A program made the translations under genes and the position numbers. From Eledone cirrhosa (Eukaryota), in assembly GCA_964016885.1 (NCBI GenBank), contig OZ024740.1, positions 39,680,001-39,744,000 of the forward strand: 64,000 nt of DNA, given 5' to 3'. Positions within the stretch are counted from its first letter, which is position 1; every line of letters begins with the position of its first letter. A model generated the notes under the pieces. That model ran no database searches. It was not told the origin of the DNA and saw only the letters and a list, made by a program, of their open reading frames with translations. This document shows, piece by piece, positions 1 to 14,234 of the stretch.

Positions 1-3000
1 TAGAAGAACTGTCATAACTGGTGATATTGTTCATTAGAAGAACTGTCATAACAACTGGTGATATTGTTTATTAGATGAACTGACATAACAACTGGTGATA
101 TTGTTTATTAGATGAACTGTCATAACAACTGGTGATATTGTTTATTAGAAGAACTGTCATAACAACTGGTGATATTGTTTATTAGAAGAAGTCATAACAA
201 CTGGTGATATTGTTTATTATAAGAACTGTCATAACTGGTGATATTGTTTATGAGATGAACTGACATAACTGGTGATATTGTTTATTAGAAGAACTGTCAT
301 AACAACTGGTGATATTGTTTATTAGAACGATCATAACAACTGGTGATATTGTTTATTAGAAGAACTGTCATAACTGATGATATTGTTTATTGAAGAACTG
401 TCACAACAACTGGTGATATTGTTTATTAGAAGAACTGACATAACAACTGGTGATATTGTTTATTAGAAGAACTGTCATAACAACTGGCGATATTGTTATT
501 ATAAGAACTGTCATAACTGGTGATATTGTTTATTAGAAGAACTGACATAACAACTGGTGATATTGTTTCTTAGAAGAACTGTCATAACAACTGGTGATAT
601 TGTTTATTAGAAGAACTGTCATAACAACTGGTGATATTGTTTATTAGAAGAACTGTCATAACAACTGGTGATATTGTTTATTATTAGAACTGACATAACA
701 ACTGGTGATATTGTTTACGAGAAGAACTGACATAACAACTGGTGATATTGTTTATTATTAGAACTGACATAACAACTGGTGATATTGTTTATTAGAAGAA
801 CTGTCATAACAACTGGTGATATTGTCTACTAGAAGAACTGTCATAACTGGTGATATTGTTTACTAGAAGAACTGACATAACAACTGGTGATATTGTTTAT
901 TATTAGAACTGACATAACAACTGGTGATATTGTTTATTAGAAGAACTGACATAACAACTGGTGATATTGTTTACTAGAAGAACTGACATAACAACTGGTG
1001 ATATTGTTTATTATTAGAACTGACATAACTGGTGATATTGTTTATTAGAAGAACTGACATAACAACTGGTGATATTGTTTATTAGAAGAACTGACATAAC
1101 AACTGGTGATATTGTTTATTAGAACTGACATAACAACTGATGATGATGTTTATAATAAGAGCTGTCATAACTGGTGATATTGTTTATTACAAGAACTGAC
1201 ATAACAACTGGTGATATTGTTTACGATAAGAACTGTCATAACAACTGGTGATATTGTTTATTAGAAGAACTGTCATAACTGGTGATATTGTTTATTAGAA
1301 GAACTGTCATAACAACTGGTGATATTGTTTATTAGATGAACTCACATAACTGGTGATATTGTTTATTAAATGAACTGACATAACTGGTGATATTGTTTAC
1401 TATAAGAACTGTCATAACTGGTGATATTGTTTATTAGAACTGTCATAACAACTGGTGATATTGTTTACTAGAAGAACTGTCATAACTGAAGATGATGTTT
1501 ATTAGAAGAACTGTCATAACAACTGGTGATATTGTTTATTAGAAGAACTGTCATAACAACTGGTGATATTGTTTATTAGAAGAACTGACACAATAACTGG
1601 TGATATTGTTTATTAGAAGAAGTGACATAACAACTGGTGATATTGTTTATTAGAAGAACTGTCATAACAACTGGCGATATTGTTTATTAGAAGAACTGAC
1701 ATAACAACTGGTGATATTGTTTATTAGATGAACTGTCATAACAACTGGTGATATTGTTTATTAGAAAAACTGTCATAACAACTGGTGATATTGTTTATTA
1801 GATGAACTGACATAACTGGTGATATTGTTTATTAGAACTGTCATAACAACTGGTGATATTGTTTACTAGAAGAACTGTCATAACAACTGATGATGTTTAT
1901 TAGAAGAACTGTCATAACAACTGGTGATATTGTTTATTAGGAGAACTGTCATAACAACTGGTGATATTGTTTATTAGAAGAACTGACATAACTGGTGATA
2001 TTGTTTATTAGAAGAACTGTCATAACAACTGGTGATATTGTTTATTAGAAGAACTGACATAACAACTGGTGATATTGTTTATTAGAAGAACTGTCATAAC
2101 AATTGGTGATATTGTTTATTAGAAGAACTGTCATAACAACTGGTGATATTGTTTATTAGAAGAACTGTCATAACAACTGGTGATATTGTTTATTAGAAGA
2201 ACTGTCATAACAACTGGCGATATTGTTTATTAGAAGAACTGACATAACAACTGGTGATATTGTTTATTAGAAGAACTGTCATAACAACTGGTGATATTGT
2301 TAGAGAAAAGCTGTCATAACTGGTGATATTGTTTATTAGAAGAACTGTCATATCAACTGGTGATATTGTTTATTAGAACTGTCATAACAACTGGTGATAT
2401 TGTTTATTAGAAGAACTGTCATAACAACTGGTGATATTGTTTATTAGAAGAACTGTCATAACTGGTGATATTGTTCATTAGAAGAACTGTCATAACAACT
2501 GGTGATATTGTTTATTAGATGAACTGACATAACAACTGGTGATATTGTTTATTAGATGAACTGTCATAACAACTGGTGATATTGTTTATTAGAAGAACTG
2601 TCATAACAACTGGTGATATTGTTTATTAGAAGAAGTCATAACAACTGGTGATATTGTTTATTATAAGCACTGTCATAACTGGTGATATTGTTTATGAGAT
2701 GAACTGACATAACTGGTGATATTGTTTATTAGAAGAACTGTCATAACAACTGGTGATATTGTTTATTAGAACTGACATAACAACTGGTGATATTGTTTAT
2801 TAGAAGAACTGTCATAACAACTGGCGATATTGTTATTATAAGAACTGTCATAACTGGTGATATTGTTTATTAGAAGAACTGACATAACAACTGGTGATAT
2901 TGTTTCTTAGAAGAACTGTCATAACAACTGGTGATATTGTTTATTAGAAGAACTGTCATAACAACTGGTGATATTGTTTATTAGAAGAACTGTCATAACA

Positions 3001-6000
3001 ACTGGTGATATTGTTTATTAGAAGAACTGTCATAACAACTGGTGATATTGTTTATTAGAAGAACTGTCATAACAACTGGTGATATTGTTTATTAGAAGAA
3101 CTGACATAACAACTGGTGATATTCTTTATTAGAAGAACTGACATAACAACTAGCGATATTGTTTATTAGAAGAACTGTCATAACAACTGGTGATATTGTT
3201 TATTAGAAGAACTGTCATAACAACTGGTGATATTGTTTATTAGAAGAACTGACATAACAACTGGTGATATTGTTTATTAGAAGAACTGACATAACTGGTG
3301 ATATTGTTTATTAGAAGAACTGTCATAACAACTGGTGATATTGTTTATTAGAAGAACTGACATAACAACTGGTGATATTGTTTATTAGAAGAACTGACAT
3401 AACTGGTGATATTGTTTATTAGAAGAACTGTCATAACAACTGGTGATATTGTTTATTAGAAGAACTGTCACAACAACTGGTGATATTGTTTATTAGAAGA
3501 ACTGTCATAACAACTGGTGATATTGTTTATTAGAAGAACTGTCATAACAACTGGTGATATTGTTTATTAGAAGAACTGTCATAACAACTGGTGATATTGT
3601 TTATTAGAAGAACTGTCATAAGAACTGGTGATATTGTTTATTAGATGAACTGACATAACAACTGGTGATATTGTTTATTAGAAGAACTGACATAACAACT
3701 GGTGATATTGTTTATTAGAAGAACTGTCATAACAACTGGTGATATTGTTTATTAGAAGAACTGTCATAAGAACTGGTGATATTGTTTATTAGAAGAACTG
3801 ACATAACAACTGGTGATATTGTTTATTAGAAGAACTGTCATAACAACTGGTGATATTGTTTATTAGAAGAACTGTCATAACAACTGGTGATATTGTTTAT
3901 TAGAAGAACTGTCATAAGAACTGGTGATATTGTTTATTAGATGAACTGACATAACAACTGGTGATATTGTTTATTAGATGAACTGACATAACAACTGGTG
4001 ATATTGTTTATTAGAAGAACTGTCATAACAACTGGTGATATTGTTTATTAGAAGAACTGTCATAACAACTGGTGATATTGTTTATTAGAAGAACTGACAT
4101 AACAACTGGTGATATTGTTTATTAGAAGAACAGTCATAACAACTGGTGATATTGTTTATTAGAAGAACTGTCATAACAACTGGTGATATTGTTTATTAGA
4201 AGAACTGTCATAACAACTGGTGATATTGTTTATGAGAAGAACTGTCATAACAACTGGTGATATTGTTAGAGAAGAACTGTCATAACAACTGGTGATATTG
4301 TTTATTAGATGAACTGTCATAACAACCGGTGATATTGTTTATTAGAAGAACTGACATAACAACTGGTGATATTGTTTATGAGAAGAACTGTCATAACAAC
4401 TGGTGATGTTGTTAGAGAAGAACTGTCATAACAACTGGTGATATTGTTAGAGAAGAACTGTCATAACAACTAGTGATATTGTTTATTAGATGAACTGTCA
4501 TAACAACTGGTGATATTGTTTATTAGAAGAACTGACATAACAATTGGTGATATTGTTTATGAGACGAACTGTCATAACTGGTGATATTGTTAGAGAAGAA
4601 CTGTCATAACAACTGGTGGTATTGTTAGAGAAGAACTGTCATAACAACTGGTGATATTGTTTATTATTAGAACTGACATAACAACTGGTGATATTGTTTA
4701 CTAGAAGAACTGTCATAACAACTGGTGATATTGTTTATTAGAAGAACTGTCATAACAACTGGTGATATTGTTTATTATTAGAACTGACATAACAACTGGT
4801 GATATTGTTTACGAGAAGAACTGACATAACAACTGGTGATATTGTTTATTATTAGAACTGACATAACAACTGGTGATATTGTTTATTAGAAGAACTGTCA
4901 TAACAACTGGTGATATTGTCTACTAGAAGAACTGTCATAACTGGTGATATTGTTTACTAGAAGAACTGACATAACAACTGGTGATATTGTTTATTATTAG
5001 AACTGACATAACAACTGGTGATATTGTTTATTAGAAGAACTGACATAACAACTGGTGATATTGTTTACTAGAAGAACTGACATAACAACTGGTGATATTG
5101 TTTATTATTAGAACTGACATAACTGGTGATATTGTTTATTAGAAGAACTGACATAACAACTGGTGATATTGTTTATTAGAAGAACTGACATAACAACTGG
5201 TGATATTGTTTATTAGAACTGACATAACAACTGATGATGATGTTTATAATAAGAGCTGTCATAACTGGTGATATTGTTTATTACAAGAACTGACATAACA
5301 ACTGGTGATATGGTTTATTAGAAGAACTGTCATAACTGGTGATATTGTTTATTAGAAGAACTGTCATAACAACTGGTGATATTGTTTATTAGATGAACTC
5401 ACATAACTGGTGATATTGTTTATTAAATGAACTGACATAACTGGTGATATTGTTTACTATAAGAACTGTCATAACTGGTGATATTGTTTATTAGAACTGT
5501 CATAACAACTGGTGATATTGTTTACTAGAAGAACTGTCATAACTGAAGATGATGTTTATTAGAAGAACTGTCATAACAACTGGTGATATTGTTTATTAGA
5601 AGAACTGTCATAACAACTGGTGATATTGTTTATTAGAAGAACTGACACAATAACTGGTGATATTGTTTATTAGAAGAAGTGACATAACAACTGGTGATAT
5701 TGTTTATTAGAAGAACTGTCATAACAACTGGCGATATTGTTTATTAGAAGAACTGACATAACAACTGGTGATATTGTTTATTAGATGAACTGTCATAACA
5801 ACTGGTGATATTGTTTATTAGAAAAACTGTCATAACAACTGGTGATATTGTTTATTAGATGAACTGACATAACTGGTGATATTGTTTATTAGAACTGTCA
5901 TAACAACTGGTGATATTGTTTACTAGAAGAACTGTCATAACAACTGATGATGTTTATTAGAAGAACTGTCATAACAACTGGTGATATTGTTTATTAGGAG

Positions 6001-9000
6001 AACTGTCATAACAACTGGTGATATTGTTTATTAGAAGAACTGACATAACTGGTGATATTGTTTATTAGAAGAACTGTCATAACAACTGGTGATATTGTTT
6101 ATTAGAAGAACTGACATAACAACTGGTGATATTGTTTATTAGAAGAACTGTCATAACAACTGGTGATATTGTTTATTAGAAGAACTGTCATAACAACTGG
6201 TGATATTGTTTATTAGAAGAACTGTCATAACAACTGGTGATATTGTTTATTAGAAGAACTGTCATAACAACTGGCGATATTGTTTATTAGAAGAACTGAC
6301 ATAACAACTGGTGATATTGTTTATTAGAAGAACTGTCATAACAACTGGTGATATTGTTAGAGAAAAGCTGTCATAACTGGTGATATTGTTTATTAGAAGA
6401 ACTGTCATATCAACTGGTGATATTGTTTATTAGAACTGTCATAACAACTGGTGATATTGTTTATTAGAAGAACTGTCATAACAACTGGTGATATTGTTTA
6501 TTAGAAGAACTGTCATAACTGGTGATATTGTTCATTAGAAGAACTGTCATAACAACTGGTGATATTGTTTATTAGATGAACTGACATAACAACTGGTGAT
6601 ATTGTTTATTAGATGAACTGTCATAACAACTGGTGATATTGTTTATTAGAAGAACTGTCATAACAACTGGTGATATTGTTTATTAGAAGAAGTCATAACA
6701 ACTGGTGATATTGTTTATTATAAGAACTGTCATAACTGGTGATATTGTTTATGAGATGAACTGACATAACTGGTGATATTGTTTATTAGAAGAACTGTCA
6801 TAACAACTGGTGATATTGTTTATTAGAACGATCATAACAACTGGTGATATTGTTTATTAGAAGAACTGTCATAACTGATGATATTGTTTATTGAAGAACT
6901 GTCACAACAACTGGTGATATTGTTTATTAGAAGAACTGACATAACAACTGGTGATATTGTTTATTAGAAGAACTGTCATAACAACTGGCGATATTGTTAT
7001 TATAAGAACTGTCATAACTGGTGATATTGTTTATTAGAAGAACTGACATAACAACTGGTGATATTGTTTCTTAGAAGAACTGTCATAACAACTGGTGATA
7101 TTGTTTATTAGAAGAACTGTCATAACAACTGGTGATATTGTTTATTAGAAGAACTGTCATAACAACTGGTGATATTGTTTATTAGAAGAACTGTCATAAC
7201 AACTGGTGATATTGTTTATTAGAAGAACTGTCATAACAACTGGTGATATTGTTTATTAGAAGAACTGACATAACAACTGGTGATATTCTTTATTAGAAGA
7301 ACTGACATAACAACTAGTGATATTGTTTATTAGAAGAACTGTCATAACAACTGGTGATATTGTTTATTAGAAGAACTGTCATAACAACTGGTGATATTGT
7401 TTATTAGAAGAACTGACATAACAACTGGTGATATTGTTTATTAGAAGAACTGACATAACTGGTGATATTGTTTATTAGAAGAACTGTCATAACAACTGGT
7501 GATATTGTTTATTAGAAGAACTGACATAACAACTGGTGATATTGTTTATTAGAAGAACTGACATAACTGGTGATATTGTTTATTAGAAGAACTGTCATAA
7601 CAACTGGTGATATTGTTTATTAGAAGAACTGTCACAACAACTGGTGATATTGTTTATTAGAAGAACTGTCATAACAACTGGTGATATTGTTTATTAGAAG
7701 AACTGTCATAACAACTGGTGATATTGTTTATTAGAAGAACTGTCATAACAACTGGTGATATTGTTTATTAGAAGAACTGTCATAAGAACTGGTGATATTG
7801 TTTATTAGATGAACTGACATAACAACTGGTGATATTGTTTATTAGAAGAACTGACATAACAACTGGTGATATTGTTTATTAGAAGAACTGTCATAACAAC
7901 TGGTGATATTGTTTATTAGAAGAACTGTCATAAGAACTGGTGATATTGTTTATTAGAAGAACTGACATAACAACTGGTGATATTGTTTATTAGAAGAACT
8001 GTCATAACAACTGGTGATATTGTTTATTAGAAGAACTGTCATAACAACTGGTGATATTGTTTATTAGAAGAACTGTCATAAGAACTGGTGATATTGTTTA
8101 TTAGATGAACTGACATAACAACTGGTGATATTGTTTATTAGATGAACTGACATAACAACTGGTGATATTGTTTATTAGAAGAACTGTCATAACAACTGGT
8201 GATATTGTTTATTAGAAGAACTGTCATAACAACTGGTGATATTGTTTATTAGAAGAACTGACATAACAACTGGTGATATTGTTTATTAGAAGAACAGTCA
8301 TAACAACTGGTGATATTGTTTATTAGAAGAACTGTCATAACAACTGGTGATATTGTTTATTAGAAGAACTGTCATAACAACTGGTGATATTGTTTATGAG
8401 AAGAACTGTCATAACAACTGGTGATATTGTTAGAGAAGAACTGTCATAACAACTGGTGATATTGTTTATTAGATGAACTGTCATAACAACCGGTGATATT
8501 GTTTATTAGAAGAACTGACATAACAACTGGTGATATTGTTTATGAGAAGAACTGTCATAACAACTGGTGATATTGTTTATTAGAAGAACTGTCATAACTG
8601 GTGATATTGTTTATTAGAAGAACTGTCATAACAACTGGTGATATTGTTTATTAGATGAACTCACATAACTGGTGATATTGTTTATTAAATGAACTGACAT
8701 AACTGGTGATATTGTTTACTATAAGAACTGTCATAACTGGTGATATTGTTTATTAGAACTGTCATAACAACTGGTGATATTGTTTACTAGAAGAACTGTC
8801 ATAACTGAAGATGATGTTTATTAGAAGAACTGTCATAACAACTGGTGATATTGTTTATTAGAAGAACTGTCATAACAACTGGTGATATTGTTTATTAGAA
8901 GAACTGACACAATAACTGGTGATATTGTTTATTAGAAGAAGTGACATAACAACTGGTGATATTGTTTATTAGAAGAACTGTCATAACAACTGGCGATATT

Positions 9001-12000
9001 GTTTATTAGAAGAACTGACATAACAACTGGTGATATTGTTTATTAGATGAACTGTCATAACAACTGGTGATATTGTTTATTAGAAAAACTGTCATAACAA
9101 CTGGTGATATTGTTTATTAGATGAACTGACATAACTGGTGATATTGTTTATTAGAACTGTCATAACAACTGGTGATATTGTTTACTAGAAGAACTGTCAT
9201 AACAACTGATGATGTTTATTAGAAGAACTGTCATAACAACTGGTGATATTGTTTATTAGGAGAACTGTCATAACAACTGGTGATATTGTTTATTAGAAGA
9301 ACTGACATAACTGGTGATATTGTTTATTAGAAGAACTGTCATAACAACTGGTGATATTGTTTATTAGAAGAACTGACATAACAACTGGTGATATTGTTTA
9401 TTAGAAGAACTGTCATAACAACTGGTGATATTGTTTATTAGAAGAACTGTCATAACAACTGGTGATATTGTTTATTAGAAGAACTGTCATAACAACTGGT
9501 GATATTGTTTATTAGAAGAACTGTCATAACAACTGGCGATATTGTTTATTAGAAGAACTGACATAACAACTGGTGATATTGTTTATTAGAAGAACTGTCA
9601 TAACAACTGGTGATATTGTTAGAGAAAAGCTGTCATAACTGGTGATATTGTTTATTAGAAGAACTGTCATATCAACTGGTGATATTGTTTATTAGAACTG
9701 TCATAACAACTGGTGATATTGTTTATTAGAAGAACTGTCATAACAACTGGTGATATTGTTTATTAGAAGAACTGTCATAACTGGTGATATTGTTCATTAG
9801 AAGAACTGTCATAACAACTGGTGATATTGTTTATTAGATGAACTGACATAACAACTGGTGATATTGTTTATTAGATGAACTGTCATAACAACTGGTGATA
9901 TTGTTTATTAGAAGAACTGTCATAACAACTGGTGATATTGTTTATTAGAAGAAGTCATAACAACTGGTGATATTGTTTATTATAAGAACTGTCATAACTG
10001 GTGATATTGTTTATGAGATGAACTGACATAACTGGTGATATTGTTTATTAGAAGAACTGTCATAACAACTGGTGATATTGTTTATTAGAACGATCATAAC
10101 AACTGGTGATATTGTTTATTAGAAGAACTGTCATAACTGATGATATTGTTTATTGAAGAACTGTCACAACAACTGGTGATATTGTTTATTAGAAGAACTG
10201 ACATAACAACTGGTGATATTGTTTATTAGAAGAACTGACATAACAACTGGTGATATTGTTTCTTAGAAGAACTGTCATAACAACTGGTGATATTGTTTAT
10301 TAGAAGAACTGTCATAACAACTGGTGATATTGTTTATTAGAAGAACTGTCATAACAACTGGTGATATTGTTTATTAGAAGAACTGTCATAACAACTGGTG
10401 ATATTGTTTATTAGAAGAACTGTCATAACAACTGGTGATATTGTTTATTAGAAGAACTGACATAACAACTGGTGATATTCTTTATTAGAAGAACTGACAT
10501 AACAACTAGTGATATTGTTTATTAGAAGAACTGTCATAACAACTGGTGATATTGTTTATTAGAAGAACTGTCATAACAACTGGTGATATTGTTTATTAGA
10601 AGAACTGACATAACAACTGGTGATATTGTTTATTAGAAGAACTGACATAACTGGTGATATTGTTTATTAGAAGAACTGTCATAACAACTGGTGATATTGT
10701 TTATTAGAAGAACTGACATAACAACTGGTGATATTGTTTATTAGAAGAACTGACATAACTGGTGATATTGTTTATTAGAAGAACTGTCATAACAACTGGT
10801 GATATTGTTTATTAGAAGAACTGTCACAACAACTGGTGATATTGTTTATTAGAAGAACTGTCATAACAACTGGTGATATTGTTTATTAGAAGAACTGTCA
10901 TAACAACTGGTGATATTGTTTATTAGAAGAACTGTCATAACAACTGGTGATATTGTTTATTAGAAGAACTGTCATAAGAACTGGTGATATTGTTTATTAG
11001 ATGAACTGACATAACAACTGGTGATATTGTTTATTAGAAGAACTGACATAACAACTGGTGATATTGTTTATTAGAAGAACTGTCATAACAACTGGTGATA
11101 TTGTTTATTAGAAGAACTGTCATAAGAACTGGTGATATTGTTTATTAGAAGAACTGACATAACAACTGGTGATATTGTTTATTAGAAGAACTGTCATAAC
11201 AACTGGTGATATTGTTTATTAGAAGAACTGTCATAACAACTGGTGATATTGTTTATTAGAAGAACTGTCATAAGAACTGGTGATATTGTTTATTAGATGA
11301 ACTGACATAACAACTGGTGATATTGTTTATTAGATGAACTGACATAACAACTGGTGATATTGTTTATTAGAAGAACTGTCATAACAACTGGTGATATTGT
11401 TTATTAGAAGAACTGTCATAACAACTGGTGATATTGTTTATTAGAAGAACTGACATAACAACTGGTGATATTGTTTATTAGAAGAACAGTCATAACAACT
11501 GGTGATATTGTTTATTAGAAGAACTGTCATAACAACTGGTGATATTGTTTATTAGAAGAACTGTCATAACAACTGGTGATATTGTTTATGAGAAGAACTG
11601 TCATAACAACTGGTGATATTGTTAGAGAAGAACTGTCATAACAACTGGTGATATTGTTTATTAGATGAACTGTCATAACAACCGGTGATATTGTTTATTA
11701 GAAGAACTGACATAACAACTGGTGATATTGTTTATGAGAAGAACTGTCATAACAACTGGTGATGTTGTTAGAGAAGAACTGTCATAACAACTGGTGATAT
11801 TGTTAGAGAAGAACTGTCATAACAACTAGTGATATTGTTTATTAGATGAACTGTCATAACAACTGGTGATATTGTTTATTAGAAGAACTGACATAACAAT
11901 TGGTGATATTGTTTATGAGACGAACTGTCATAACTGGTGATATTGTTAGAGAAGAACTGTCATAACAACTGGTGGTATTGTTAGAGAAGAACTGTCATAA

Positions 12001-12010
12001 CAACTGGTGG
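1..12010. repeat. 37-bp AT-rich satellite (TAGAAGAACTGTCATAACAACTGGTGATATTGTTTAT; 34-bp variants) with multi-kb higher-order duplications, in p38 intron 6
   Basis: Period of 37 read directly (e.g. 3241 to 3278). Rare variant TAGAGAAAAGCTG recurs at 2301, 6358 and 9620. The array runs off the left edge. Confidence 0.98.
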
Positions 12011-12219
12011 TACTGGGGCTTTGTATTTTCTGTTAATTTAATAACTGATACTTTAGACAATCCCAGAACTGCTTCTGTACCAAGCTGTTGACTTCCTCCC
12101 AGTGGACCCAGGAACCTGTTCTCTGATCAGGCGAAGGGCAACCTGAGACAACCACAGTTTCATATGCAAAAAGAAATGTACTTAGTTGACATATGCTAGG
12201 AGAAGAACCAAGTCACCAA

Positions 12220-13415
12220 TCATCATCATCATCATCATCATCATCACCGTTTTACGTCCGTTCTTCCACGCTAGCATGGGTTAGACGGGTTGTCCTGTTG
12301 TGGGCAGTGTCTGGTCGGCTGACCATGCCTTGCTCATACAGGAACTGATCTGGCTTGATTTCTACAGCTGGATGCCCTTCCTAACACCAACCTCATTTAC
12401 AGTGAGTGCTGGGTGCTTTTTCGTGGCGCCTACACGTCCACTTTACAGTGTGGGCTGGGTGCTTTTTTGCCGTGGCACCTCCACGACCACCTTGCGGTGT
12501 GGGGGCATATTGTTTATATGCTTCAGCATGTACCCATGGGAGGTCGGGTACCCTGTATTACTGCGTGACGCCAGAAGTCACGGTCGTGTGTCATTGACTT
12601 TGAGAGGTGTAGTTGGGTAAGGTCGGCTTTTATCACCTCATCCCAAGTCATCTTGGGTCTCCCCACTCCGCGGTTTCCATCAACTTCTAGTGCTCTGCAC
12701 CTTTTTATGCAGCTGTCATCCTTCATACGCATCACATGTCCATACCAGCGTAACCGCCTCTCCTGCACGCAGCATTTGATTCCTCTTATGCTCAGTCTCT
12801 CTCTCAATTCATTTATGCTTTGTCGTTCACGTATATTACTGTTACACATCCATCGGAGCATGCAGGCTTCGTTTCTCTCTAATCTACGTAAGTCTTCCAC
12901 CTTCAGCGCCCAGGTCTCACTACCATGCAACATCGCTGTTCGGATACACGCATCATACAGTCTGCCTTTCATTCTGAGGGAGAAGCCTTTTGCAGCTAGC
13001 AGTGGTAGTAGTTCCCTAAACTTCTTCCATCCCGTTCTTACCCTAGTTATTGTACTTTCTGAGCACCCACCTCCGTTGCTAATTCGGTCACCTAGGTAGC
13101 AGAAGCTGTCTACTGTTTCTACAGGGCCCTCCCAGAGATTGGTGGTACTTGTTTCCTGTGGCTGTTTGCTTGCTGTTTCAGCACAGCTGCTGCATGTGAA
13201 TCCTACATTCTTAATTAAGCTTCCTGAGATCCCGCTACATCTCTTGTGTACCCATTGTTTGCATTTGGGGCAAAGAATGGAGTTCCTACCTACACCTTTC
13301 CTACATACTGAGCAAGGCCATTTCCCTGAGGGGATCTGGGTTCTGTTTTCTCGTCTACTTATAAGGACCTTAGTCTTTGTCATGTTGACTTTGAGGCCCT
13401 TTCTCTCTAGTCCCT
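12220..13415 (-). mobile_element. RTE-clade LINE, family A, 5'-truncated (end of RT, PHD, C-terminus, 3' UTR, (GAT)n tail)
   Basis: ORF 12523..13383 encodes the same residues as the C-terminus of the 831-aa ORF at 32894..35389. (CAT)n tail at 12220-12246. Confidence 0.95.
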
Positions 13416-13559
13416 ATTCCCAATAATATACAAACCTGAACTCCGATGTTATTGCCTCAACAACTATATGGAATAAAAACTAGGGACACTCCCTAAATTC
13501 CTTACTGAACTCACTGACAATCCTCTTAATCTTAATAAAAACACCTCAGGCTTATGATT

Positions 13560-13780
13560 CTCCCATTTACCTAGTTTTCAACCAAACCCCATCAAAGGCT
13601 TTCTCCAGATTGACATATGTAAAGAAAAGATACTTGTTCTTTTCTAGTTGTCTCACTAAAAATATAAACCACTCTTTGGCTTTCTCAATAGCATACTGAA
13701 GTTCAAAATTGCCTTAAATTATTCAGTAGTATGGCCCACCTTATGATGAACCACATCCTATGCAGTACACTGCCTCATAT
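13560..13780 (-). mobile_element. Old degraded RTE RT fragment
   Basis: Minus strand reads LVRQLE...YVNLEKAFDG with indels, resembling the LVRQLQEK...FVDLEKAFDR motif of the young copies. Confidence 0.5.
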
Positions 13781-14186
13781 AAACTGTTTAGTTCCACATT
13801 TGGCTGCAAATTGAAACTGTATCTTGTCCAAGTTAACCCTATCCAGTACCAATGGTTTGTCAGTCTAAGACATCTGTATTCTCTTCTCTCCAGGACAATT
13901 CATTTGCTCTTGTATCAGTTAACCATGTTACTACTATGCCAGTTATTGGGGATAACACTTGTACCAGTTGATGAACTAATACATGCAGTAAAGGTTAGTG
14001 ATAGGAAGAGCATTTAGCCAGAAAAAACATGCCAAAAATTATGAAATGTCCAAGCCGACACACATAAAAACAAATGTTAAAGTTCAAGCTATATACACAG
14101 AAAAACAGATGTAAAAGTTCAAGCTATACACACAGAGAAAAACAGATGTAAAAGGATGATAAATAATAAAAAGTGTAGATAATTAC

Positions 14187-14234
14187 CCGAAGTTCACAGT
14201 CTTCATTTATTGCCAGGTTTCCAGGCTTTAGATC
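14187..14234 (-). CDS. MAPK14: p38 MAP kinase internal exon (equivalent to MAPK14 exon 6): DLKPGNLAINEDCELR
   Basis: ttttcag|GATCTAAAG...CTTCGG|gtaatt. 48 nt, phase 0-0, kinase catalytic loop. Family-level call; orthology not established. Confidence 0.93.

Noticed and set aside
12300-13426. Recurring antisense ORFs such as MGSVWSADH..., MGLPTPRF... and MSCSHRTVW...
   Set aside because: Shadow frames of the RTE ORF or 3' UTR. They recur only because the element does, and indels between copies alter them.
12010-14180. Search for p38 exon 7 (ILDFGLAR...TGY)
   Set aside because: No DFG- or TGY-coding segment found; it presumably lies left of position 1. Exon 1 was likewise not found between 45869 and 53600.
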